Below are positions 8,420 to 17,110 of a stretch of 64,000 bases of DNA, one piece after another (position 1 is the first letter of the stretch; every line of letters starts with the position of its first letter). The stretch lies in assembly GCA_041651055.1 (NCBI GenBank), contig JBAZJW010000004.1, positions 2,018 through 66,017 on the forward strand, in the 5' to 3' direction. Below the pieces are notes generated by a model. That model worked only from the letters and a program-made list of their open reading frames with translations, was not told the origin of the DNA and searched no databases. A program made the position numbers and the translations under genes. The stretch is from Minisyncoccota bacterium. Its GTDB lineage: Bacteria > Patescibacteriota > Minisyncoccia > Phycocordibacterales > UBA5272.

Positions 8420-8791
8420 ATGGGACTGCTAAACGACGACAATAAGGTAACTACAGGCGTGAAGGTAGCTATTAGGTCAAAGACCGAAGACCCTAGGTAC
8501 TTTCAAGCTAATGACTTATTGAAGCAGATTGATAAGTTGAGGGCTGAGCGTAGCAACTTACTGAAACAAGCGGATCAGTATAGAGAGAGGTTGGATACGT
8601 TAGAAGCACAGTTTCATAGGATTGTGCTTGAGTTAGAACCTACCGAGATATGCACCACTAACAAACCCAAATCCCCACAAGACAAAAAAGCTGAGTCAGT
8701 TAAGGCTATTCAACAGGCGTTGGCAAGTAAGTTAGCTGACTCACCGGGGTTTGAGGAACAGTTAATGAAAATCTTGGAGACGATGAAATGA
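8420..8791 (+). CDS. coiled-coil protein (123 aa)
   Basis: ATG at 8420 with GAGGTGAG upstream. Heptad-like charged repeats. Confidence 0.5.
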   Translation: MGLLNDDNKVTTGVKVAIRSKTEDPRYFQANDLLKQIDKLRAERSNLLKQADQYRERLDTLEAQFHRIVLELEPTEICTTNKPKSPQDKKAESVKAIQQALASKLADSPGFEEQLMKILETMK

Positions 8792-9042
8792 TCACTAAAA
8801 AACGTCACAACACTGAGTATTCAGTTGCTAAGGAATGGGCACGTAAGCGTAACTTCACGAAGTTTCTGTTGGCAGGTATGAAAGCTAGGTTACGTATCAC
8901 AGAGGTTCAAGAGGTTCTTACACCTATCGAACAGCAACGTGTATTGGAACTAACCCAAGAACTCAACGCCATTGTTAGAGCATGGTCAGGTAACAACCCA
9001 TTGTCGAGAACGTTGTTTGAGAGTAACAAGAGAGGAAAGTAG
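8788..9042 (+). CDS. hypothetical protein (84 aa)
   Basis: ATGA overlap with the upstream gene. Good coding continuity. Confidence 0.5.
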   Translation: MITKKRHNTEYSVAKEWARKRNFTKFLLAGMKARLRITEVQEVLTPIEQQRVLELTQELNAIVRAWSGNNPLSRTLFESNKRGK

Positions 9043-9043
9043 T

Positions 9044-9244
9044 ATGAACGTAAACCGCGTCGTAGAAGTGAGGATGTTTGATTCGTTAGGACAGCCAACC
9101 TTTAACTACGACATAGACGTCAGCACGAGTCTCATGTCTAAAAAATGGCCCAAGTTCGTGTATACTGTGTTGAGAGAATCTCTAACTGTGTGTATGCAAG
9201 GCGGGTGTGTTATTATGAGAGGTGTGTTAACGCCCAGACTATGA
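9044..9244 (+). CDS. hypothetical protein (66 aa)
   Basis: ATG preceded by AACAAGAGAGGAAAGTAG. Confidence 0.4.
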   Translation: MNVNRVVEVRMFDSLGQPTFNYDIDVSTSLMSKKWPKFVYTVLRESLTVCMQGGCVIMRGVLTPRL

Positions 9245-9263
9245 AAAGAGAGGAAACTAAATT

Positions 9264-9416
9264 ATGCAACCCCCAGTGGATCGTTTCATGGAGGTTAATA
9301 TGCACAACTACCGCAGACTCTCATTTGATGATGAGTTTCTGCCTGAGTTGGCACTAGAAACCGAACCTGATGAGTGTTTTATGTTCTTCGCAGAGAAGGA
9401 GGACGAACAAGAATGA
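9264..9416 (+). CDS. small acidic protein (50 aa)
   Basis: ATG preceded by AAAAGAGAGGAAACTAAATT. ATGA overlap with the next gene. Confidence 0.35.
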   Translation: MQPPVDRFMEVNMHNYRRLSFDDEFLPELALETEPDECFMFFAEKEDEQE

Positions 9417-9751
9417 AACCCGACTTAAATGACCCCATGAGTGTTGCTATTGCTAGTGCAACGTTAGTATTGCATAATGCGTTTAGTCGTAGCATGAACA
9501 CAACCTTCGAACAAGAATTCGTTTATGTCCCAATGCAATTTCCAGTTGGGTTTGCAGAAACACTTTCGTCGTTAATGGAAACAGACCAAGAAATAGGTCC
9601 GATAGTTGTTACGAGTATTTTAGTGGCTGGCTTAGAAAGTATTATTAATGACTTCAACCTGAGAAACAAAGACTCCAGAGTCGCATTACGAGAAGCTATA
9701 ACAAAACATGCAAACGAAGCACGTAAGGCACAAAATGCTGACTTACACTAA
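9413..9751 (+). CDS. hypothetical protein (112 aa)
   Basis: GAAGGAGG RBS before ATG 9413. Confidence 0.5.
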   Translation: MKPDLNDPMSVAIASATLVLHNAFSRSMNTTFEQEFVYVPMQFPVGFAETLSSLMETDQEIGPIVVTSILVAGLESIINDFNLRNKDSRVALREAITKHANEARKAQNADLH

Positions 9752-9832
9752 CAAACGTCCCTGTGGCCACGGGACATGTGTGGGTGGCCATGACGCACGA
9801 GGGTTAGGTCAGTGCTAAGTCGCCCGCACTAC

Positions 9833-9910
9833 CGGGCGGCAGTCTCCTCCACCCATAGCAAGCGTGACCAACGTGAGCAATGATTGGGTTAAGGACTCCG
9901 CCCGGTTTTT
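9833..9910 (+). terminator. long-range hairpin (CCGGGCGG ... CCGCCCGG) plus TTTTT closing a GC-rich structured non-coding segment
   Basis: Inverted 8-mers at 9833-9840 and 9898-9905 followed by T5. An inner hairpin CGCCCG-CACTAC-CGGGCG. Upstream hairpin GTCCC-TGTGGCCAC-GGGAC at 9757-9775. Confidence 0.4.
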
Positions 9911-9938
9911 ATTAATTTTGACATAAAAGGAGACCAAC

Positions 9939-10394
9939 ATGGAAGACGAAAACAAAAGTGAGTTCGGTAAAGGATGTGCGTATTGTTTGGTGCTATTCGC
10001 AAACCACTTCGACAATGACATGTGGCATAAGGTTGTAGAGTACAACTGGGCAATTCAAGGTAAGGAAGTATCAAAGGACGCTCAGTGGTGGTTGGATAAC
10101 ATAGTCCCAATTTATAAAGGCGACAAAGCTAAGGCACTCTCGTCTCAGATTGTGTCTTGGGCCAATGGTGCGTCGGATCATTTGTATGATTTGCAGATTC
10201 CACAGGATGGGTCTGAGTTGTCAGATGTGTTGACAGAGATACGTGAAACGGGACTGAAAATGGGCCACGGGTTTCTTGAGCCAGTTACTTGGACACCTGA
10301 TGATATGTTTAAGTTGAGAGAACTAACCTTTAAGGCTGCTACGTTGATTGACCAGAAATTAGGTGTAGAGGTAGAGAAAGGTCAGTGGGAATAA
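9939..10394 (+). CDS. hypothetical protein (151 aa)
   Basis: AAAAGGAGACC RBS. Confidence 0.5.
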   Translation: MEDENKSEFGKGCAYCLVLFANHFDNDMWHKVVEYNWAIQGKEVSKDAQWWLDNIVPIYKGDKAKALSSQIVSWANGASDHLYDLQIPQDGSELSDVLTEIRETGLKMGHGFLEPVTWTPDDMFKLRELTFKAATLIDQKLGVEVEKGQWE

Positions 10395-10430
10395 CCTTTA
10401 AACTTAATTCATTCAGAAAGTGAATTCATT

Positions 10431-10889
10431 ATGTCTACGAAATTAATTGACTCCTATTCCAAGCTACTCCCCTACGACGGTACGCTCTATTCGCCAGTTA
10501 AGCGTACGCCGTACGTAGGGGAGTTAGCTATTACGTTAAGTGACCCTAGAGGTTATTGTTGTGTTGTGAGTGCCATCAATAACGACATAGCTACGGTGTA
10601 TTGGTTAGATGACCTTCCCAACGCTACGAGAACTTATCCAGTGAAGTCACTCATCCCAACGGGTAAGACACCACTAGACTTACTCAAGTTATACGAGCCT
10701 ACACCACAGTCACTTAATGACGCACTCACTAAAGAGCGTAGTCAGGTTGACTACCTAGCGTTCAAAAAGAAAGGAGGTGGGTCAGCCACTAACAAGAAGC
10801 CTAAGTTTGACGTCAAAAACATGTCTAAGGAACAAAAAGATCAGTTAAAAGGGTTTATTATGCAGTTATTAAAGGGAGGAGACAAATGA
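10431..10889 (+). CDS. hypothetical protein (152 aa)
   Basis: Complete ORF. Lys-rich C-terminus. Confidence 0.5.
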   Translation: MSTKLIDSYSKLLPYDGTLYSPVKRTPYVGELAITLSDPRGYCCVVSAINNDIATVYWLDDLPNATRTYPVKSLIPTGKTPLDLLKLYEPTPQSLNDALTKERSQVDYLAFKKKGGGSATNKKPKFDVKNMSKEQKDQLKGFIMQLLKGGDK

Positions 10890-11071
10890 ACGACAACGGT
10901 GAACGTTTTCTGTCTGAGTTGAAAGACCTCTGTAAGAAACATTTTGTGCATTTGATTGAGGAGTGGGTAGACGACAGCGATGGTAACACAATGTTCACGG
11001 GTATACACTTCCAAGGCCCCGATTTCTGGATTCCAGTAACGGATATGCTGTTGGAAAGTGAGGAGGACTAA
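10886..11071 (+). CDS. hypothetical protein (61 aa)
   Basis: GGGAGGAGAC RBS. ATGA overlap with the upstream gene. Confidence 0.45.
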   Translation: MNDNGERFLSELKDLCKKHFVHLIEEWVDDSDGNTMFTGIHFQGPDFWIPVTDMLLESEED

Positions 11072-11073
11072 CC

Positions 11074-11253
11074 ATGAAACGCGTCATAAGAATTCTGTAC
11101 TTTGAAGGCCCAGACGAGTGGATAGACCTAACACTAAAAAAATCTTGGCTCCAGCCAGACGTGGAAGTTTCTATTGCTCAGGGACACATAGCTAAGGAAC
11201 TGAGCAGAACCATTATTGTTGACGATCACTTCCTTGATAACAAGGAGGACTAA
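11074..11253 (+). CDS. hypothetical protein (59 aa)
   Basis: GAGGAGG RBS before ATG 11074. Confidence 0.4.
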   Translation: MKRVIRILYFEGPDEWIDLTLKKSWLQPDVEVSIAQGHIAKELSRTIIVDDHFLDNKED

Positions 11254-11254
11254 C

Positions 11255-11431
11255 ATGTCAGTAGGAATGAAAACATTGCTACAAATAGCCACTCAATTAA
11301 AATCCGAAAACAATAAGAACCCTGAATACGATAGGGCTTTAGTTGAATTTCTAACAGAAGCACTCGGCCTTACTATGGACCACAAGAATGACGTTGCAGA
11401 GTTATTGGACATTAAACTGGAGGTGCATTAA
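11255..11431 (+). CDS. hypothetical protein (58 aa)
   Basis: AAGGAGG RBS before ATG 11255. Confidence 0.4.
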   Translation: MSVGMKTLLQIATQLKSENNKNPEYDRALVEFLTEALGLTMDHKNDVAELLDIKLEVH

Positions 11432-11433
11432 AA

Positions 11434-12327
11434 ATGCTCGTAACCGACCCTTCGACGATACAAGAGCTACGTGCAAATGGTATAGACGTCTATGACTTCT
11501 CATCAATTAGTCGTGCTATCTCATGTCCCCGTGCATACTACTATCGACACGAACTGGGCTTGACCATAGCTGTCACACCTGAGCCTAGTTACTCACTAGA
11601 GTTTGGCCGATGCGTCCACAAAGCATTGCAACACTGGTATGTGAATCGCAAGGACGACGATGCCATTTTAATGTTTGCAAACGAATTCAAACCCTTTGAA
11701 GAAAAGCCTACGTTAAGTGCCAAAACCGGCAAGGAACTAGACGCCACGTATACGGTTAGGTTTGGCTGTTCGTTGTTGGATGCATACTTCACTAAATATG
11801 CTAACGAGAATTATACGTTAATCCAGAACGAGGTTCCAGTAGCAGAGGAACTAAGCGACAATGTATTCATAGCAGGTAGGATTGACAAAGTAATTGATCG
11901 TAATGGTAAGATTGTGTTTATCGACCACAAGACAAGTAAATACATGGACAAATACACCGTCAATCCTAATCCCCAGTTTGCAGGGTATAAGTTTCTATGC
12001 GAGAAGTTAACTGGCAAACACGTAAGCGGTGAGTTGGACATGTTAGGTGTAGCGAAGTCTAAGGACTTAACTACGTTGCTCAGACGTGAGCCGTTTGACT
12101 ACACTCCTTGGCAAATGGAACAATGGAAGCGTAGTATAACCGAACACATCAACATGATTCGTAGGTGGCGTGAGAGTAAGTTCTTTCCGCAGTATTGGAA
12201 CTGCAAACCGTTTTTTAGGGATTGTCAATTCTTGCCGTTGTGTACGTTGGCACGTCACGAAGAAGAAGATAGTTTGATTGCTAACCTCTATCGGGTGGAG
12301 TTTTGGGACCCCTTTACAGTAGACTAA
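11434..12327 (+). CDS. PD-(D/E)xK exonuclease, Cas4/RecB-like with Fe-S-type cysteine cluster
   Basis: N-terminal Cys (AISCPRAYYY). GRIDKVIDRNGKIVFIDHKTSKY resembles the D..(D/E)xK motifs. C-terminus has three Cys: CKPFFRDCQFLPLC. Confidence 0.55.
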   Translation: MLVTDPSTIQELRANGIDVYDFSSISRAISCPRAYYYRHELGLTIAVTPEPSYSLEFGRCVHKALQHWYVNRKDDDAILMFANEFKPFEEKPTLSAKTGKELDATYTVRFGCSLLDAYFTKYANENYTLIQNEVPVAEELSDNVFIAGRIDKVIDRNGKIVFIDHKTSKYMDKYTVNPNPQFAGYKFLCEKLTGKHVSGELDMLGVAKSKDLTTLLRREPFDYTPWQMEQWKRSITEHINMIRRWRESKFFPQYWNCKPFFRDCQFLPLCTLARHEEEDSLIANLYRVEFWDPFTVD

Positions 12328-12336
12328 GGAGACACT

Positions 12337-12522
12337 ATGAAAACCCTCAAAGACATTAACCTATGTACTCACCCCGACCCGGGTGGGTGTTTTTATCACA
12401 TTTACCTATTATACAAAGCCCAAGGTGCAACTATGCAACTCCCAGGTGGTTATCCTGCACCAGCGTGTGACCATTGTAAGTGGTTGAAGCGTGATGAGGA
12501 CTTTCATGCACCTATGGACTAA
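12337..12522 (+). CDS. Cys/His-rich small protein (61 aa)
   Basis: AAGGAGAC RBS. Contains C...H...C...C..H..C residues. Confidence 0.4.
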   Translation: MKTLKDINLCTHPDPGGCFYHIYLLYKAQGATMQLPGGYPAPACDHCKWLKRDEDFHAPMD

Positions 12523-12627
12523 CCCAAAAAGGAGGTGATTAAACATGGCAACGATTCTAGCTATTAACCTGGCTATTGTGATCGTTTGGATAATCCTTAA
12601 ACATGCGAACTGAAAGGAGTACGTACT

Positions 12628-12924
12628 ATGCTTAGGTTCCCATATCCAATTAAGTTCGTAGCATCGAACAAACACGAGTTCGATGTGCGTGTAACGAAAC
12701 CCAACAAACGATCATGGTGGTTGCAAATCCTTGACGATGGGGTAGTAATTAAAACAATAAAAGTCTCTAAAACCTCAGTCAAGTTGCGCTACCCCACTAA
12801 AAATGGAGGAACAGCAGATGGTCCAACCATACTCAGGTCGCTCGTCAAGGAGGACAGGTTATCAAGGGTACGGGAGTCCACGATCAACAGGCAAACGAAT
12901 AGCAAGTCTACGTCTAGCAGATAA
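12628..12924 (+). CDS. hypothetical protein (98 aa)
   Basis: AAAGGAG RBS. Overlaps the next gene by about 100 nt. Confidence 0.4.
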   Translation: MLRFPYPIKFVASNKHEFDVRVTKPNKRSWWLQILDDGVVIKTIKVSKTSVKLRYPTKNGGTADGPTILRSLVKEDRLSRVRESTINRQTNSKSTSSR

Positions 12925-13306
12925 TGATGTGTTTATTATTGTTGAGGCACCATATGATGCGGGGTTTACGGAGACCCTTAAGACTAGCATCCCACAAAAG
13001 AAACGCATTTGGGACGCAAACGATAAGGCGTGGTTCGTTGTAAAAGATCAACTTGATAAACTCACACATATACTTGACCAGTATTATGATGAGGTTATCT
13101 TGTTGGGATTTCCACAGCAGTCAATGGCCACGGACGCATGGGGGAAGTTGTATCTAACACAAGGCGCACCTATTGAGGTGATACAGGCGGTGTATAGGGT
13201 ACTTGCTAAGAAGTATCATCCTGATTTAGGTGGTGATGTAGAGAAGATGAAACAGGTTAATGCAGCATACAAAGAATTAATGGGGGAATTTACTAACGGT
13301 GACTAG
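12818..13306 (+). CDS. J-domain (DnaJ-like) protein
   Basis: C-terminal VYRVLAKKYHPDLGGDVEKMKQVNAAYKEL carries the HPD motif. GGAGGA RBS before ATG 12818. Confidence 0.65.
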   Translation: MVQPYSGRSSRRTGYQGYGSPRSTGKRIASLRLADNDVFIIVEAPYDAGFTETLKTSIPQKKRIWDANDKAWFVVKDQLDKLTHILDQYYDEVILLGFPQQSMATDAWGKLYLTQGAPIEVIQAVYRVLAKKYHPDLGGDVEKMKQVNAAYKELMGEFTNGD

Positions 13307-13315
13307 GAGGTCAAA

Positions 13316-13588
13316 ATGAAAAAACTCATCTTAACAGCAATCATGTTCGGGTTACTTACGTCTGGTGCATACGCACAGGACACCAAACCTCAACCTAAGC
13401 CTAAGTCAACTGAAGAACTCACTTGGCAAGCACAGGCACTGCAAAACGAATACCTTTATTTACAGGAACGTCTCAAAAACATCCAGTTTGAGTTCAACAA
13501 AATCAAAGCCGAACTGGACGCTCGTAAGGTACCAATGGTTGATACGTCTAAACCTGACTCCAAAGAGGACAAGAAAGGAAAAAAATAA
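13316..13588 (+). CDS. secreted coiled-coil protein with signal peptide (90 aa)
   Basis: MKKLILTAIMFGLLTSGAYA-QD signal peptide. Charged coiled-coil body. Confidence 0.5.
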   Translation: MKKLILTAIMFGLLTSGAYAQDTKPQPKPKSTEELTWQAQALQNEYLYLQERLKNIQFEFNKIKAELDARKVPMVDTSKPDSKEDKKGKK

Positions 13589-14188
13589 ATGGACCTAACC
13601 ACTAATAAAAATGCACAGGTAGCAACTCAGCGTATCAAGGGTAAAAAGCTGACGTTGCAGGATTTGAAGCGTGCAAATAGTGTTACCACTCAAATTAAGA
13701 ACGTATACATACTATGCGATATTAGCGGTTCGATGAGTGGGAACAAACTGACCTCACTTAGAGACGCCTTGAAGAAGGTCTACCGTCCTGGTATTAAGGT
13801 GTTTGCGTTTAGCGATCAAGTGTACGAGCTACAAGAATCTGACTTTGCCTTGTTACAGGTGATGGGCGGTACGGGCATGATGAACGTGTTACGTGAAACC
13901 TGGCGTTGCGATCCGCGTCATATAATTCTTATCACTGATGGTGAGCCAACTGATACCAGTGAAGACGAAATCCTACTCGCAGCTGAGGCCCACAAAACCA
14001 TACCTATTGATACGATTGGTGTGAGCGAATATGGTCGACGTGGCTTCAATGCCGGGTTTCTAGAGGCGTTGTCACGCATCACTGGTGGCAAATTTAACGA
14101 CTGCAGCAAACCGTTTGAATTAACCTTTATAGTTGAAACCCTACTAATAGGTATGGGTTCCGAGAAGAGAGGAGCAATTCAACTATGA
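13589..14188 (+). CDS. von Willebrand factor A (vWA) domain protein
   Basis: MIDAS motif DISGSMSG. ILITDGEPTD block. Confidence 0.65.
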   Translation: MDLTTNKNAQVATQRIKGKKLTLQDLKRANSVTTQIKNVYILCDISGSMSGNKLTSLRDALKKVYRPGIKVFAFSDQVYELQESDFALLQVMGGTGMMNVLRETWRCDPRHIILITDGEPTDTSEDEILLAAEAHKTIPIDTIGVSEYGRRGFNAGFLEALSRITGGKFNDCSKPFELTFIVETLLIGMGSEKRGAIQL

Positions 14189-14439
14189 GAACCTATAATG
14201 TTATATATTTTCTAGACGACAAAGAGAACCTAACCTGTCACATGGATTTGGGAACTTATTATGACAGTATAATCATTAACAACGAGACTGATTACATACA
14301 CGCCAACCCACAAACGATATTTTATGTCCCAATTCATGACGAGCAGACGTTTGTTAACTTCAAAAATTCAGTTATTTGGGCATTTAACCACTACATGAAG
14401 AATAAACATGCATCAACTCACACTAGTCCTAAGGAGTAA
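14185..14439 (+). CDS. hypothetical protein (84 aa)
   Basis: ATGA overlap. Preceded by a variant of the conserved leader (GAGAAGAGAGGAGCAATTCAACT). Confidence 0.45.
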   Translation: MRTYNVIYFLDDKENLTCHMDLGTYYDSIIINNETDYIHANPQTIFYVPIHDEQTFVNFKNSVIWAFNHYMKNKHASTHTSPKE

Positions 14440-14443
14440 GCCA

Positions 14444-15247
14444 ATGCAACTCAACATTCCAGACCCAACGTCAGTGAATGATTACATTCCTGATAGTTAT
14501 AATGCACTAATCTACGGCCCGTCTGGGACAGGTAAGACTGAATTCTGGGCAACCTGGGCTGAGGCAGGTGAGGTGTTGGGACTAGACTCTGATCAGGGTA
14601 TCGTAACAATCAAGTCTACACCTAGAATCTCACCTGAGCTTAAAGCACGTATCAAACACATACCCATTATTGACAAATCCACCGACCCTCACATCAAAGA
14701 ACCCATTGGTTGGGCTATAGTAAAGGCAGTCGTTGAGTCTGTCGCTGCTACGGGTAAGTTTGGTAACTGCCAACCCAAAACTCTCGTCATAGACTCCATG
14801 ACCACAGTCTCAGCTATGACAATGACATGGGTGTTAACTCAAAACCGCAAGTCCCCTGAGACTCAACCATCCTTGCCAGACTGGGGCAAACAAATTGAGG
14901 AACTCAAACGTATTATTAACCTTGGACGTAGCATTAAGGGTGTCAACTTTATATGCGTCGCACATGAGCAATACGAGAAAGACGAGTTATCTGGACGTGT
15001 GTGGTGCTTGCCACTTGTCACTGGTAAGTTTGCCCAACAAATAGGTGGATACTTCGACGAGGTTTATCATGCTAAAGTCGAGCAAACTGGTGACAAGCAT
15101 GTGTATAAACTGGACACAAAAGCGACGGGACTTATTACTGCTAAGTCGCGGTTAGACTTACCCACACCAATCGCAACTCATTACAACAGTCTCAAAGGCA
15201 CGTTGGAAAAGTTGCAAGTGAAAGGAGGTGTCACAACAACAAAATGA
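14444..15247 (+). CDS. AAA_24/Sak4-like RecA-family ATPase
   Basis: Walker A ALIYGPSGTGKTEF. Walker B-like TLVIDS. FICVAHE block. Confidence 0.55.
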   Translation: MQLNIPDPTSVNDYIPDSYNALIYGPSGTGKTEFWATWAEAGEVLGLDSDQGIVTIKSTPRISPELKARIKHIPIIDKSTDPHIKEPIGWAIVKAVVESVAATGKFGNCQPKTLVIDSMTTVSAMTMTWVLTQNRKSPETQPSLPDWGKQIEELKRIINLGRSIKGVNFICVAHEQYEKDELSGRVWCLPLVTGKFAQQIGGYFDEVYHAKVEQTGDKHVYKLDTKATGLITAKSRLDLPTPIATHYNSLKGTLEKLQVKGGVTTTK

Positions 15248-15292
15248 CAATTACCCTTATTATTAACCGTTAACCAAATGGAGGAGCTTAGT

Positions 15293-15733
15293 ATGCCAAC
15301 GATTAACCTTGGAGTAGATTACGAAGACGTGAAATCTCTTGACGAATGGATCGTCGTGCCCGGTGGGACATATTCATTTGTCGTTCGCGGCATCGACGAG
15401 AAAAAATCCAAAACCGGACGGCCGATGTTGAACTGGCGAATTGAAGTCACCGACCCCGTGTCACAGCGCCCTGTGAGTGTGTTCTACAACACTGTCCTGC
15501 CGTGGATGGACAACGGCGAACTCAGCGTTAAGGGTTGCGGGATGCTTGTGTCTATCGCAAAGGCAGTAGGCTTGCCCTGGACTGGCAAAGACCTCAACAC
15601 TGAGGACTACATCGGACGTGCCGGTAGCGTCGTGCTCAAAGTTAGTAAAGCTCAGAAAGACGACGGGACTGGTAAATACGTCGACGATCCTGATGGTAAG
15701 GTCCGTAACGAAGTTGAGAAGTTTGTCTACTAA
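15293..15733 (+). CDS. hypothetical protein, possibly ssDNA-binding partner of the ATPase
   Basis: AATGGAGGAG RBS. Position downstream of a Sak4-like gene. No clear motif. Confidence 0.4.
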   Translation: MPTINLGVDYEDVKSLDEWIVVPGGTYSFVVRGIDEKKSKTGRPMLNWRIEVTDPVSQRPVSVFYNTVLPWMDNGELSVKGCGMLVSIAKAVGLPWTGKDLNTEDYIGRAGSVVLKVSKAQKDDGTGKYVDDPDGKVRNEVEKFVY

Positions 15734-15803
15734 CCATTCCCACATCTATTAACCTTTTTCCAAGCATGACATTAGTTGTGCTAACTCTCTAGGAGGTTCT
15801 AAT

Positions 15804-16076
15804 ATGAAGACCGAACAAGTAGAAATCAAGTCCAAAGGCGAATCGTTGGGAACGTTTGACTACGCATACCCTGAGACGTTGGACGAGGGTATCAGTGTTG
15901 ACACAGCGGACTCAGTGTTTAAGCTGTACGCCATGCAGCGCAAGATTCGTTTCATGGACGCCAAACGCAGAGAGCTGACTGGTGGTGGTCTCCCGAAGGC
16001 TCTCACTGAGAAACTTCGCTCCTTGGATAAGGGCAAGTTGGCTCAGATTGCCGAGTTGCTGGGGATCGAACTGTAG
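15804..16076 (+). CDS. hypothetical protein (90 aa)
   Basis: AGGAGG RBS. Confidence 0.45.
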   Translation: MKTEQVEIKSKGESLGTFDYAYPETLDEGISVDTADSVFKLYAMQRKIRFMDAKRRELTGGGLPKALTEKLRSLDKGKLAQIAELLGIEL

Positions 16077-16366
16077 GTTATTAGTCGTTAGCTCCCTAAC
16101 CGGGGTTGGAGGGTTCCGCACCTAATGGGATTTAACTTAGGTTAGATATACACACTGGAACGCTTGATGTTCATGCAACTACCGGTCTTACACTTGGGAA
16201 TTTACATGACGAGAGGAACCAGTCATGTGAGGTTGCAAGTGGGGGAGCTTATTACTAGCGTAGCGGTGGTAGGGTAGAAACAAAGGGTTGAATCTAGACG
16301 TCATTGCGCCTATAGGCAGAGTAAGACCCGTTCTGCCCGAAACCGCCACTTAAAGGAGGGGGAAAG

Positions 16367-16606
16367 ATGGATGACAATAGACCATTCCCAATTCAAGGTG
16401 GAGTTTTTAGACAGCCTGACGGGGAAGTTCGGAGGCCCGTCGAGCGTTATTTACCGTGTACTATTCCGTGGTGGTTAGCGGAGGAAGCGTATAAATTGTA
16501 TGTCAAGGAAGGCGGAAGAGGCCAAACGCTGGAGAGATTAGCGGAACGTGGCGGTTTTGGCCGTGAAGAACTTATATACTTAATTCGTGGACGGTGGGGT
16601 GAGTGA
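16367..16606 (+). CDS. small protein with C-terminal HTH-like segment (island gene)
   Basis: G-rich RBS AAAGGAGGGGGAAAG. QTLERLAERGGFGREELIYLI resembles an HTH. Confidence 0.45.
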   Translation: MDDNRPFPIQGGVFRQPDGEVRRPVERYLPCTIPWWLAEEAYKLYVKEGGRGQTLERLAERGGFGREELIYLIRGRWGE

Positions 16607-16637
16607 CCACGCCCCAGGCGGGCGAAAGGGGGAAGGG

Positions 16638-17099
16638 ATGAACATAGAATTTGAAGTTTTGACAGATACGCTTTTACATATTGGAGAGGTTCAAGAGAAT
16701 TTGGAAATCTTTATCGGAGAACTACGGCAGCGTGGTCTTGCACATGACAGAACGAAGCTGCAAGAACTAGAATTTGACGCTTTCGTTTCAACCCGCCCGA
16801 AGTTCAAGAAAGCGAACTACGGAAGTCCTGAGTATCAAGAATGTGTGGATGCTATCAAGCCAGCGATTGACCATCATTACCAGCTTAACAGGCACCACAC
16901 GGCTTTTCATCAAGAAGGTATCAACGAAATGAACCTCATTGACATTCTCGAAATGGTGGCTGATTGGAGAGCCGCAGCGAGAAGAAGTCCAACTCAGACA
17001 TTTGAACAGTCCTTAGATTATGCGTTTAATAAGTACAAGATAGACGAACAGCTAAAGGGGATTATACTGCATACTCTCAAGGACTTGAATTGGGTGTAG
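16638..17099 (+). CDS. hypothetical His-rich protein (153 aa, island gene)
   Basis: GGGGGAAGGG RBS before ATG 16638. HHYQLNRHHTAFH suggests a metal-binding patch. Confidence 0.45.
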   Translation: MNIEFEVLTDTLLHIGEVQENLEIFIGELRQRGLAHDRTKLQELEFDAFVSTRPKFKKANYGSPEYQECVDAIKPAIDHHYQLNRHHTAFHQEGINEMNLIDILEMVADWRAAARRSPTQTFEQSLDYAFNKYKIDEQLKGIILHTLKDLNWV

Positions 17100-17110
17100 G
17101 AGGTCCAGCC

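Noticed and set aside
6628-9244. Recurrent KREETN / KREETK / KKRGD peptide endings and N-terminal extensions (for example MRIRLGLTHKREET..., 8972..9244) in the ORF track
   Set aside because: They result from translating the conserved AAAAGAGAGGAGACTAAC leader in frame. True starts are the ATGs immediately after the motif.
9905-9935. TTGACA at 9913 as another sigma70 promoter
   Set aside because: No acceptable -10 hexamer at 16-18 nt spacing. The sequence runs straight into the RBS of gene 9939.
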